A stretch of 64,000 nt of DNA from Macrostomum lignano (taxonomy: Eukaryota). Each line of letters starts with the position of its first letter. Position 1 is the first letter of the stretch. Location: the NCBI GenBank assembly GCA_002269645.1, contig NIVC01000630.1, positions 124,001 to 188,000 of the forward strand, given 5' to 3'. The notes under the pieces are model-generated. The model was not told where the DNA came from, searched no databases, and saw nothing but the letters and a program-made list of their open reading frames with translations. Of the stretch, positions 11,387 through 23,300 are shown piece by piece. The position numbers were made by a program, and so were the translations under genes.

Positions 11387-14300
11387 ATGGACGATGAAAC
11401 AATTGTTGAGGAGTATTTTCGACTAAAGGAGAAGTCGAATGAGAAGTTTCTACAAATCGGGTATGTTATTGCCTGCACTGTCCCACTTTTGTCTTCTAAG
11501 TCTAATTCTATAATCAGCACAAGGTCTAATTAAGGTCCTGATTAGGCCAAAAGCTCTTAGATTTAATAGGAGGCAATTTGAAAAGTCTGATTATTGATTA
11601 TTGATGTATTGATTTTAATGCAATGGGATTGTAGTAAAGACTATAGCAGGCGCGTCGCCACCAGGGGGGACATGCCCCCCCCCATTAAAAGCTATGGGTG
11701 GACATGCCAATGCTTTGTCCCCCCCCCACCCCACCAATTGTGGCTCATTGTGATGATCAGTAATTTTTCTTCAGGGCGCCAAAATATAGTGCCTTTGGCG
11801 CCAAAATGGGTGCCTGCGGCGCTAAAATGAATGCCAGTGGCGCTAAAATGGGGGCCTGCAGCGCTAAAAAGAATGCCTGTGGCACTAAAAGGGATGCCTA
11901 TGGCACTAAAAGGAATGCCTATGGCACTAAAAGGAATGCCTATGGCACTAAAAGGAATGCCTATGGCACTAAAAGGGATGCCTATGGCACTAAAAGGGAT
12001 GCCTATGGCACTAAAAGGAATGCCTATGGCACTAAAAGGGATGCCTATGGCACTAAAAGGAATGCCTATGGCACTAAAAGGAATGCCTATGGACTATGGT
12101 GCCAAATAGAGGTCGGACGGGATCCCGAAATCTCGGGATCCCGAGGAAAATTGAATTCCCGCGGGACCAGAATCCCGACCCTAAAAAAACTTGAGATTCG
12201 GGAACAGGTCTTTCGATTAATAATTTGTAGAATTAGTGATTACTTGAAAGTATTTTGCTTTAACTTGTACTTGTTACATTATTTACTTTGTTGGTTTCAA
12301 AACTTCATATCAATTTCGTTGTGTTTTACTTTTTGATCTTGACAATCTTTTCTCAGTTTTGTTTAACTTTACATGGACAATACACTAAAAGACCTGATCC
12401 TGATTCCCGAATCCGGATCCCAATCCCGAGAAAAAAATTATTCCCGATCCCGATCCCGCCCAAAGATTTCAATCCCGTCCGACCTCTAGTGCCAAATGAA
12501 GTGCTGACAACACAATTCTTAAAATAATAGAAATTTTGAAATTTAGTCATGTACACATGTTTAATTTTTGGCTTTGCCCCCCCCCCTCCAAAATCCATGG
12601 CAACACCCCTAGACTATAGACTAAAGACTATAGTTCTTAACTTTCTTATTACTATGTTGATAGTCATACATGCCCAATCTCAAAATTTCACTTGTCCAGT
12701 GCAACTTAGTTTTGTCCAGATTTGTGACTTAGTTTCTCCTGATTGCCACTTAGTTCCTCTCAATTGCAATTTAACTTTCACTTTGTAAATGACTTCTTGC
12801 TTTTTACTTTTTTTCTCTTTTTCTTTCTCTTTCTCTTTTCCTTCTCTCTCTTTTCCTTCTTTTCTTTTCCTTTTCTCTTCCTCTCTTTTTTCTTTTCCCA
12901 ATTTTTCATTTTTTGCATTTACAATTTTCAACTTACCTTGGCTAGTGGCCATTTCACCCGTCCAGTTTGGACAGGTTAGACAAGTGTTGGACATGTATGT
13001 TGATAGGTAAATAATCATTTTTTATGATATAAGATGACAAAATAACCAAATAATATATTTATTAATAACAGGATATTTGTATCATCATGATATTTTGTTA
13101 GATATAAGAGCCAAATAACTAAGGTAGCAAATTCTTCTAACTTTTGTTAATAATCTTATTATATAGTCTTATAAAATCTAAAGGTTTTCCCCATAGTCTG
13201 GATCATGCTAATTATGATTTATTGATTGGAAATATACTTAAACTAGATTGAATTTTTCACTGTTTTAAGGTCAATATGTTTTACTTTATTTGCTCATTTT
13301 TTAGGGAAGCAAGGCCTTCCAAGCAGCTAAAAGTTGAAAATATAACATGGTTAAGATTGATAAAATTGCAAAAAAAGAAATTAAAACATTGTATTAATTG
13401 TTAAATTATTGCAAAAAAATTATATATATATGTAGAGGCAATGGCATAGCCAGGGGGGGCAGGGAACTGCAGCCCCCCCTCCCAATTGCCTGGGGATGGG
13501 GTTGAGCGTGGCAAGAACCAAAAACCATGAGGCAATTGAGTGCTTGCAATGCTAAAATGAATGCTTGTGACGCCAAAAGTGAGTGCCTGTGGTACCAAAA
13601 TGAGTGCTTGCGATGCCAAAATAAATGCCTGCAGCGCCAAAAGTGGCAATGGCATAAGGCAGGGCCAGCAGTAGTGTGATTCAGGCGCAAATTCGCGACA
13701 GGCGCAAAAATAGTATCATACATGCGCAACCTTCAAAATTTGGTCGGCCGTGCGACTTAGTTTTAACAAAAAATGCGACTTACCTGTGAAAGAAACCCTT
13801 AAGCAAAATTAACGCAATTTTGGGTAAACGGCAGGAGTAACTATGACTGTCTTATAAGGGCTAAATGCCTCGTCATCTAATTAGTACTACGTATGATTCT
13901 TTCGGGTGGGCATTTTTGCAACTTACCTTGGTTGGCCGCCAAATCGGTCGGCCGGATCGGCCGACTCGGCCGACTGTTGCGCATGTATGAATAGTATGAA
14001 TGCGCAAATCCTGGGGGTCTGGCGCAAAATTTTGTGGAACCATGGGCACGAAAATTGCATTCTTAGTTTCTGCTTTTTACACTTATTCTCTTGTCAGACA
14101 GTATGAAATACAAGAATGTCATAGCTTAGGAGATTAATCTAACAAACTGAGTTCAATCTAGTGTCTAACCAGTGTCTGGCTAGTGTCTAATCTTATGCCA
14201 GTGCTGCTTCTTTTGTTGGCACTGCTGTTGTCATTCCAGTTCTACCAGCATAGCGGCAGCTGCAGCCAATGTGGAGGCAGAGACAGTAGAGTTGGCAGAA

Positions 14301-17300
14301 ATGGCTAAGGTATAAAAGCTTTGGTTGTTCTGTCAGTGCTGCAAATATAATCTTTTAGTAGAAATAAGGCTAAGAGTTTTATGGAACTGTAATCCTTAAT
14401 TATGGGTATTCATCATTTGTTAAATGTTTTTGTTATAAAGTATATATAGCTAATTTGTTCATACAATTAAAGAGTATACAAAAGTTAACAAATATTTGGT
14501 CAAGTGTCTATTGTTAGCTATTATTAGGTCCTGTGTCATATAGTAAAAATATTTCAGTTTACTAAAAAACTCAAACATATTGTTAAGAATCTAAGACCAA
14601 ACCTTAAAATCCCATGTATTGTATAAAAACCTATATTGTTAAATATATACATGCACAACCTCTGAAATTATCTTAGCCATGGCAACTTAGAAATGTGACA
14701 CAGTTATACAATTTACCAAAAAAGCACAAAATCATAGAAATTCATCAATTTTATAACTTTCATTGCTATGGTTGTAAAGTGCCACTGGCCAGTGATACTA
14801 GTTGAGAATTTCATAGATGGGGCATTGGGACCTCTTGCTGTTGGCTGTTACAGCTGCAGGAAAGAAACTGTGATTCTGTGGCTCCTAATGCCCATTAATT
14901 TGATCATCCTTTCTGACTGTTCTCTCTCTCTATTATTCTCTTCTCTCTCTCTTCTCTCCAATCTCATTCTCCCCCTTATCTCGCCTCTCTCCTCTCCATG
15001 CAACGCAGGTAGTGTCAAAAATTTCTGTTGCATGAGTCCTCAACCCCAGTTACTTAAAAGCTCCCATTGCATTGAAAGTGGAAACATATATATTGACTTT
15101 AGCTCCCTCTCCTCATATTCCTCCATACATGCGCAACCTCCAAAATTCGGTCGGCCATGCGACTTAGTTTTAACAAAATGCGACGTAGTTTTTGGCCAAA
15201 ATGCGACTTACATGTAAAAAAACCCTAGCGTAAGTAGCGTAAAGCAAAATTAACGCTACTTTGGGTAAACGCCAGGAGTAACTATGACTGTCTTAATAAG
15301 TCAAAATGCCTCGTCAGTTACTTAGTACTACTGCTTCGGTATTTTTTGGGTGGGCATTTTTGCGACTTCCTTGTTTGGCCGCCAAATCGTGCGGCCGGAT
15401 CGGCCGACTCGGCCGACTGTTGCGCATGTACTCCCCTGTATTCCCCTATAGACTGTATGGACTGTATTCCCCTATAGACATGTTAGTAAAATGAGTGTAT
15501 AGTGATAATTACAAGTGCAGGAAAACTTATTAAAATTATGGCAACATATCTGATATATGGCTACATAATACTAAGATAACTAACATTAGCAATTTTAAAA
15601 CACTCCCACAATACACAGGAACCTACCTCGCAGTGGCTATCGCAAATGGCAGCCGTACTTTGACCGCGCTTTCGCCGTGTTCACCGAACTGTGGCGCTTC
15701 CAGCAGCAGTACAGGGAGTCGCTCAGCGAGCAGCAGGTGTTGAAACGGCATCACATCGGCGAGATTGCGTCAAAAATTGGCCAATTGTACTATCAGTACT
15801 ATCTGAGGACTAGCAATACAGCCTACCTGACTGAGACCTACTGCTTCTACTATGCTATTAGATGCAGAGGCTACTATGACAACGCCAAGACGGAGAAACG
15901 GTTTGTTGTTTATATGCGTTTTTTCTTATCCTGTTTAACTCGTGCTTTAGCTTGTAGGTTTACCTGATTATGAAGCATCGCCCAGCTTCCGCTGTATAAC
16001 CTACCAGAACTGATAATGAAGCATCTCCCAGTCTCCCCTCTGTAACCTACCAGAACTTATGATGAAGCATCGCCCAGCTTCCCCACTATATCTTACCTGA
16101 ACTGCTGATGAAGCATCGCCCAGCTTCCCCACTATATCCTACCTGAACTGGTGATGAAGCATCGCCCAGCCTCCCCACTATGTCCTAGCTGAACTGATGA
16201 TGAAGCATCGCCCAGCTTCCCCACTATAACCTACCAGAACTGATGATGAAGCATCGCCCAGTCTCCCCACTATGTCCTAGCTGAACTGATGATGAAGCAT
16301 CGCCCAGCCTCCCACTATAACCTACCAGAACTGATGATAAAGCATCGCCCAGCCTCCCCACTATGTCCTAGCTGAACTGATGATGAAGCATCGCCCAGCC
16401 TCCCACTATAACCTACCAGAACTGATGATGAAGCATCGCCCAGTCTCCCCACTATGTCCTAGCTGAACTGATGATGAAGCATCGCCCAGCCTCCCCACTA
16501 TGTCCTAGCTGAACTGGTGATGAAGCATCGCCCAGCCTCCCACTATAACCTACCAGAACTGATGATAAAGCATCGCCCAGCCTCCCCACTATGTCCTAGC
16601 TGAACTGATGATGAAGCATCGCCCAGCCTCCCACTATAACCTACCAGAACTGATGATGAAGCATCGCCCAGTCTCCCCACTATGTCCTAGCTGAACTGAT
16701 GATGAAGCATCGCCCAGCCTCCCCACTATGTCCTAGCTGAACTGGTGATGAAGCATCGCCCAGCCTCCCACTATAACCTACCAGAACTGATGATGAAGCA
16801 TCGCCCAGTCTCCCCACTATGTCCTAGCTGAACTGATGATGAAGCATCGCCCAGCCTCCCACTATAACCTACCAGAACTGATGATGAAGCATCGCCCAGC
16901 TTCCCCACTATGTCCTAGCTGAACTGATGATGAAGCATCGCCCAGTCTCCCACTATAACCTACCAGAACTGATGATGAAGCATCGTCCAGTCTCTTTAAT
17001 TTAGTAACAAAGCAGCAGTGCATTTTTCACCGAAAACTTGAAATTCACTCACCTCAGCTTCATCAACTCACCCGTCCCCCCCCCCTGACTACCAGTCCGG
17101 ACTTCATGGTGAAGAAGCTGCGCTACCTGTGCCGGTTCATATTAGTCTGCCTGGTGCTTGAGAACGGCAAGCTGGCCGCCGAACTGATGCAGGACCTCAG
17201 CCGCGATATCGCCGACTACGAGGCCACCTATCAGCCGTTCGACGCCGCCTGGTGGTTCCGAGTGGCCGACGAAATCCGCTCGATGCTGCGAGCCGCCCAG

Positions 17301-20300
17301 CCTCTCAGCCTGCTGGACTCGGATGGAAGGCAGCTGTTTTTAAAGCGGCGCCTATCGCCGGAGACCAGCCCGCCGCTGACTGACTTTCTGGCTCTGCGCG
17401 CCCCGACCGGCGGGACGACACAGCTGCCGCTTCGTCTGGCCGACGCTTTGATTGTTGGCGGCTGCGCTGATCAGGCCAAGTTCAGCGAGCTGTCAGTTGA
17501 CATGCTGAGAATGTCCCTGGCGTTAGAGAAGCAACCGCCTGTGGCCGCTGGTGCTGGCGGTGGCCCGGCTGGACTGGGCGACAATCCGGGGTCCAGACAG
17601 GTGCGAGACCGGCATTTGAGAAAGTGGGAAGAATGTCCGAGGGGATTGAGGCAGTGGAAAGAATGTCCGAGGGGATTGAGGCAGTGGGAAGAATGTCCGA
17701 GGGGATTGAGGCAGTGGGAAGAATGTCCGAGGGGATTGAGGCAGTGGGAAGAATGTCCGAGGGGATTGAGGCAGTGGGAAGAATGTCCGAGGGGATTGCG
17801 AAAGTGGGAAGAATGTCCGAGAGAATTGAAAAAGTGGGAAGAATTTCCGAGGGGATTGAGGCAGTGGGAAGAATTTCCGAGGGGATTGAGGCAGTGGGAA
17901 GAATGTCCGAGGGGATTGAGGCAGTGGGAAGAATGTCCGAGGGGATTGCGAAAGTAGGAGGAATGTCCGAAGGGATTGCAAAAGTGGGAAGAATGTCCGA
18001 AGGGATTGCAACAGTGGGAAGAATGTCCGAGGGGATTGAGGCAGTGGGAAGAATGTCCGAGGGGATTGCGAAAGTGGGAAGAATGTCCGAGAGAATTGAA
18101 AAAGTGGGAAGAATTTCCGAGGGGATTGAGGCAGTGGGAAGAATTTCCGAGGGGATTGAGGCAGTGGGAAGAATGTCCGAGGGGATTGAGGCAGTGGGAA
18201 GAATGTCCGAGGGGATTGCGAAAGTAGGAGGAATGTCCGAAGGGATTGCAAAAGTGGGAAGAATGTCCGAAGGGATTGCAACAGTGGGAAGAATGTCCGA
18301 GGGGATTGAGGCAGTGGGAAGAATGTCCGAGGGGATTGAGGCAGTGGGAAGAATGTCCGAGGGGATTGAGGCAGTGGGAAGAATGTCCGAGGGGATTGAG
18401 GCAGTGGGAAGAATGTCCGAGGGGATTGAGGCAGTGGGAAGAATGTCCGAGGGGATTGAGGCAGTGGGAAGAATTTCCGAGGGGATTGAGGCAGTGGGAA
18501 GAATTTCCGAGGGGATTGAGGCAGTGGGAAGAATGTCCGAGGGGATTGAGGCAGTGGGAAGAATGTCCGAGGGGATTTAGGCAGTGGGAAGAATGTCCGA
18601 GGGGATTGAGGCAGTGGAAGAATGTCCGAGGGGATTGCGAAAGTAGGAGGAATGTCCGAAGGGATTGCAAAAGTGGGAAGAATGTCCGAAGGGATTGCAA
18701 CAGTGGGAAGAATGTCCGAGGGGATTGAGGCAGTGGGAAGAATGTCCGAGGGGATTGTGAAACCGGGAAGAATGTCCGAGGGGATTGTGAAACCGGGAAG
18801 AATGTCCGAGGGTATTGAGGCATCTGGGAGACCTCACCCCGCATTGCAGGGTGCCCAGAGTCCGGACGGCGGCTTGTCGGAGTCGCAGAATCCGCACAAG
18901 TACCTCCTGTACCGGCCGAGCCTGGCCGAGATTGTCTTCTCGTTGAATTCGACATTTAACGATTTACCAGACGACGGAGTGGTGCTGGTGTACTTTAGCG
19001 CCGACGGCAGACGGTGCCAGCAGCGCGGCAAGAAGGAGGACTGTGAGTTCATTTAATGTTTAATTGTTTATAATAATTTATTTGTTTAATTTTAGGGGAA
19101 AAATGCAATCCATTAAAGCATTTTTACTGAGCATCAGTGTGACCACTGCTGTGTTATTTGTGTTTTTCTGTTTTTTTAAATAGCTGTGTTATTGTGTTTT
19201 TTAAGAAGTCATCCCTTTTCTGTGTTAAACTAAAATAAACAGCCCAATTTAGCTTTTTCTTGTGTTTTTATATTTTCTACCTGGGTGGAAAGCAACTGGC
19301 AGTAGCAAGGAAGGCCACTAGCCCAGACAGATAGGGTAGATTGGAATTCTAGCAAGCTGCGTAGTTTATATACTAAACAGGCTCCAAGCTGCCTTTAGTT
19401 CACAGCAGCAAAATTTGCAGCAGGTGCAAAAGGATGCAACGACACAGCGAAATATTGATGCCATGCGTAGGAAGGCGCAGGAGCTGCTTACAGAGGCAGC
19501 TTCAGCTGAACAGGAATTGCGCCAGCGCCGAGGCCCAGCTCCAGCTGCAAAGAAGTCGAGGCTCTCTAGTGCGCCTTCTACTAGGGGCAGGGGACGTTGA
19601 ATTGATGACATACAAATCACGAGTTCTGCAGTCGTGATTCTTGTGAACTTTAAAATTGATTGACTATATATACCGTTTCAATCCATCCCTACAACGTATG
19701 ATTGATGACGATGTCGATTAAAGATGAAAATGTGCATGCTTGAAGCTGGAATGAATTAAAATGAGAATTGCTATTCGGACAATAAGTAAGCATTGGCAAA
19801 ATTGCTATAGTGAATGTCTTTCTAGCTGTGTTATTTTTCACATTTTTGTTGGTGGTCACACTGCTGAGCATCTGTTTATTAATAAGGAATGTGAGTTTAT
19901 TGATCTGTTTATTAATAGGGAATGTGAGTTTATTGATCTGTTTATTAATAGGGAATGTGAGTTTATTGATCTGTTTATTAATAGGGAATGTGAGTTTATT
20001 GATCTGTTTATTAATAGGGAATGTGAGTTTATTGATCTGTTTATTAATAAGGAATGTGAGTTTATTGATCTGTTTATTAATAAGGAATGTGAGTTTATTG
20101 ATCTGTTTATTATTAGGGAATGTGAGTTTATTGATCTGTTTATTAATAAGGAATGTGAGTTTATTGATATGTTTATTAATAGGGAATGTGAGTTTATTGA
20201 TCTGTTTATTAATAGGGAATGTGAGTTTATTGATCTGTTTATTAATAAGGAATGTGAGTTTATTGATCTGTTTATTAATAGGGAATGTGAGTTTATTGAT

Positions 20301-23300
20301 CTGTTTATTAATAGGGAATGTGAGTTTATTGATCTGTTTATTAATAAGGAATGTGAGTTTATTGATCTGTTTATTAATAGGGAATGTGAGTTTATTGATC
20401 TGTTTATTAATAGGGAATGTGAGTTTATTGATCTGTTTATTAATAAGGAATGTGAGTTTATTGATCTGTTTATTAATAGGGAATGTGAGTTTATTGATCT
20501 GTTTATTAATAGGGAATGTGAGTTTATTGATCTGTTTATTAATAAGGAATGTGAGTTTATTGATCTGTTTATTAATAGGGAATGTGAGTTTATTGATCTG
20601 TTTATTAATAGGGAATGTGAGTTTATTGATCTGTTTATTAATAGGGAATGTGAGTTTTTTGATCTGTTTATTAATAGGGAATGTGAGTTTATTGATCTGT
20701 TTATTAATAAGGAATGTGAGTTTATTGAACTGTTTATTAATAGGGAATGTGAGTTTCTTGATCTGTTTATTAATAGGGAATGTGAGTTTATTGATCTGTT
20801 TATTAATAAGGAATGTGAGTTTATTGATCTGTTTATTAATAAGGAATGTGAGTTTATTGATCTGTTTATTGATAGGGAATGCGAGTTTATTGATCTGTTT
20901 ATTAATAAGGAATGTGAGTTTATTGATCTGTTTATTAATAAGGAATGTGAGTTTATTGATCTGTTTATTATAAGGAATGTGAGTTTATTGATCTGTTTAT
21001 TAATAGGGAATGTGAGTTTATTGATCTGTTTATTAATAAGGAATGTGAGTTTATTGATCTGTTTATTAATAGGGAATGTGAGTTCATTGATCTGTTTATT
21101 AATAGGGAATGTGAGTTTATTGATCTGTTTATTAATAGGGAATGTGAGTTTATTGATCTGTTTATTAATAGGGAATGTGAGTTTATTGATCTGTTTATTA
21201 ATAGGGAATGTGAGTTTATTGATCTGTTTATTAATAGGGAATGTGAGTTTATTGATCTGTTTATTAATAAGGAATGTGAGTTTATTGATCTGTTTATTAA
21301 TAAGGAATGTGAGTTTATTGATCTGTTTATTGATAGGGAATGCGAGTTTATTGATCTGTTTATTAATAAGGAATGTGAGTTTATTGATCTGTTTATTAAT
21401 AAGGAATGTGAGTTTATTGATCTGTTTATTAATAAGGAATGTGAGTTTAAGGATCTGTTTATTAATAGGAAACGTTCTTTTATCAATATGTTTATCAAGT
21501 AATTGTGGGTTCATGGAAAATGTTTACTTTTTGATTCTGTAAAACATAATCTAGGGGAACATGCGAATATTTCCCACTTTTCTACGTTAAGGCTATTGTT
21601 GGCGGGCAGCATTGTTAGTAATAAATTTTCGACTCTTAAAAGTTGGCTAAAACTGTTTGAAACCTGATCCCAATTCATAAATCATGTATTTATTTTGCAT
21701 AGCTACTGCTGGTCTCTCTCGCTCTCTTGCCCTTCACACTGTGTGCATGCGCCAGTTTGATACAGTTTGATATTATTTATGGTGCAGCCAACTCTGCCAC
21801 TTACAGCCTACAGCGGCTACAGAGACGGCGGTCTGGCAGTTCAAAGGAGCCGCGAATCGGACAAACCCGGCAAGCCGGAGACTCGCAGACTGCCTGGCAG
21901 TGGCGGCGTCATCAGAGACAGCAGGTGGTGAGTGCTGCATATTTCGTGAATTGGGAGGAGGTTGTTGGCTCGCGATTCACAAGCCATAAGGACCATCCTG
22001 TGTACACTTGTACACCCTGTGTGAGCGTGTCTATAAATGCGTGCCTGTGTGTATGTGCTCATGTTTTTTCTGGCTGTTGCTTCACATAGAAATTGCCTTT
22101 CTTCTCAGGATTGCTTTTGCCATAGACACTTCACTCTTGCATACCATTAATTCACTCTTCAGTAGTATTGATTTACCAAAGACTGCATTGTCTGACCATA
22201 GACTGCATTGTCTGGCCATAGACTGCATTGTCTGACCATAGACTGCATTGTCTGACCATAGACTGCATTCATTGTCTGGCCATAGACTGCATTGTCTGGC
22301 CATAGACTGCATTGTCTGACCATAGACTGCATTGTCTGACCATAGACTGCATTCATTGTCTGACCATAGACTGCATTGTCTGGCCATAGGCTGCATTGTC
22401 TGACCATAGACTGCATTGTCTGACCATAGACTGCATTCATTGTCTGACCATAGACTGCATTGTCTGGCCATAGGCTGCATTCATTGTCTGACCATAGACT
22501 GCATTGTCTGGCCATAGGCTGCATTGTCTGGCCATAGACTGCATTGTCTGGCCATAGACTGCATTGTCTGGCCATAGACTGCATTGTCTGACCATAGACT
22601 GCATTGTCTGACCATAGACTGCATTCATTGTCTGACCATAGACTGCATTGTCTGGCCATAGGCTGCATTCATTGTCTGACCATAGACTGCATTGTCTGGC
22701 CATAGGCTGCATTCATTGTCTGACCATAGACTGCATTGTCTGGCCATAGACTGCATTGTCTGACCATAGACTGCATTGTCTGACCATAGACTGCATTGTC
22801 TGGCCATAGACTGCATTGTCTGACCATAGACTGCATTGTCTGACCATAGACTGCATTGTCTGGCCATAGACTGCATTGTCTGACCATAGACTGCATTCAT
22901 TGTCTGACCATAGACTGCATTCATTGTCTGACCATAGACTGTATTCATTGTCTGACCATAGGCTGCATTCATTGTCTGACCATAGACTGCATTCATTGTC
23001 TGACCATAGACTGAATTGTCTGACCATAGACTGCATTGTCTGACCATAGACTGCATTCATTGTCTGACCATAGACTGCATTGTCTGGCCATAGACTGCAT
23101 TGTCTGACCATAGACTGCATTGTCTGACCATAGACTGCATTCATTGTCTGACCATAGACTGCATTGTCTGGCCATAGGCTGCATTGTCTGACCATAGACT
23201 GCATTGTCTGACCATAGACTGCATTGTCTGGCCATAGACTGCATTCATTGTCTGACCATAGACTGCATTGTCTGGCCATAGACTGCATTCATTGTCTGAC

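Larger units (their letters stand above)
11647..12611. mobile_element. Older hAT-type MITE with internal 21-bp minisatellite, interrupted by a younger MITE
   Basis: 8-bp direct repeat GACTATAG at 11639-11646 and 12612-12619; degenerate TIRs CAGGCGCGTCGCCA / TGGCAACACCCCTA (10 of 14 match). Confidence 0.65.

Noticed and set aside
14768-15217. 149-aa ORF in SCAI intron 1
   Set aside because: Composed of CT-rich low-complexity sequence and MITE sequence, with no domain signal.
15965-16990. Regular repeats resembling a CRISPR array
   Set aside because: Units are head to tail with no unique spacers, no cas genes are present and the context is eukaryotic; this applies to all arrays in the window.
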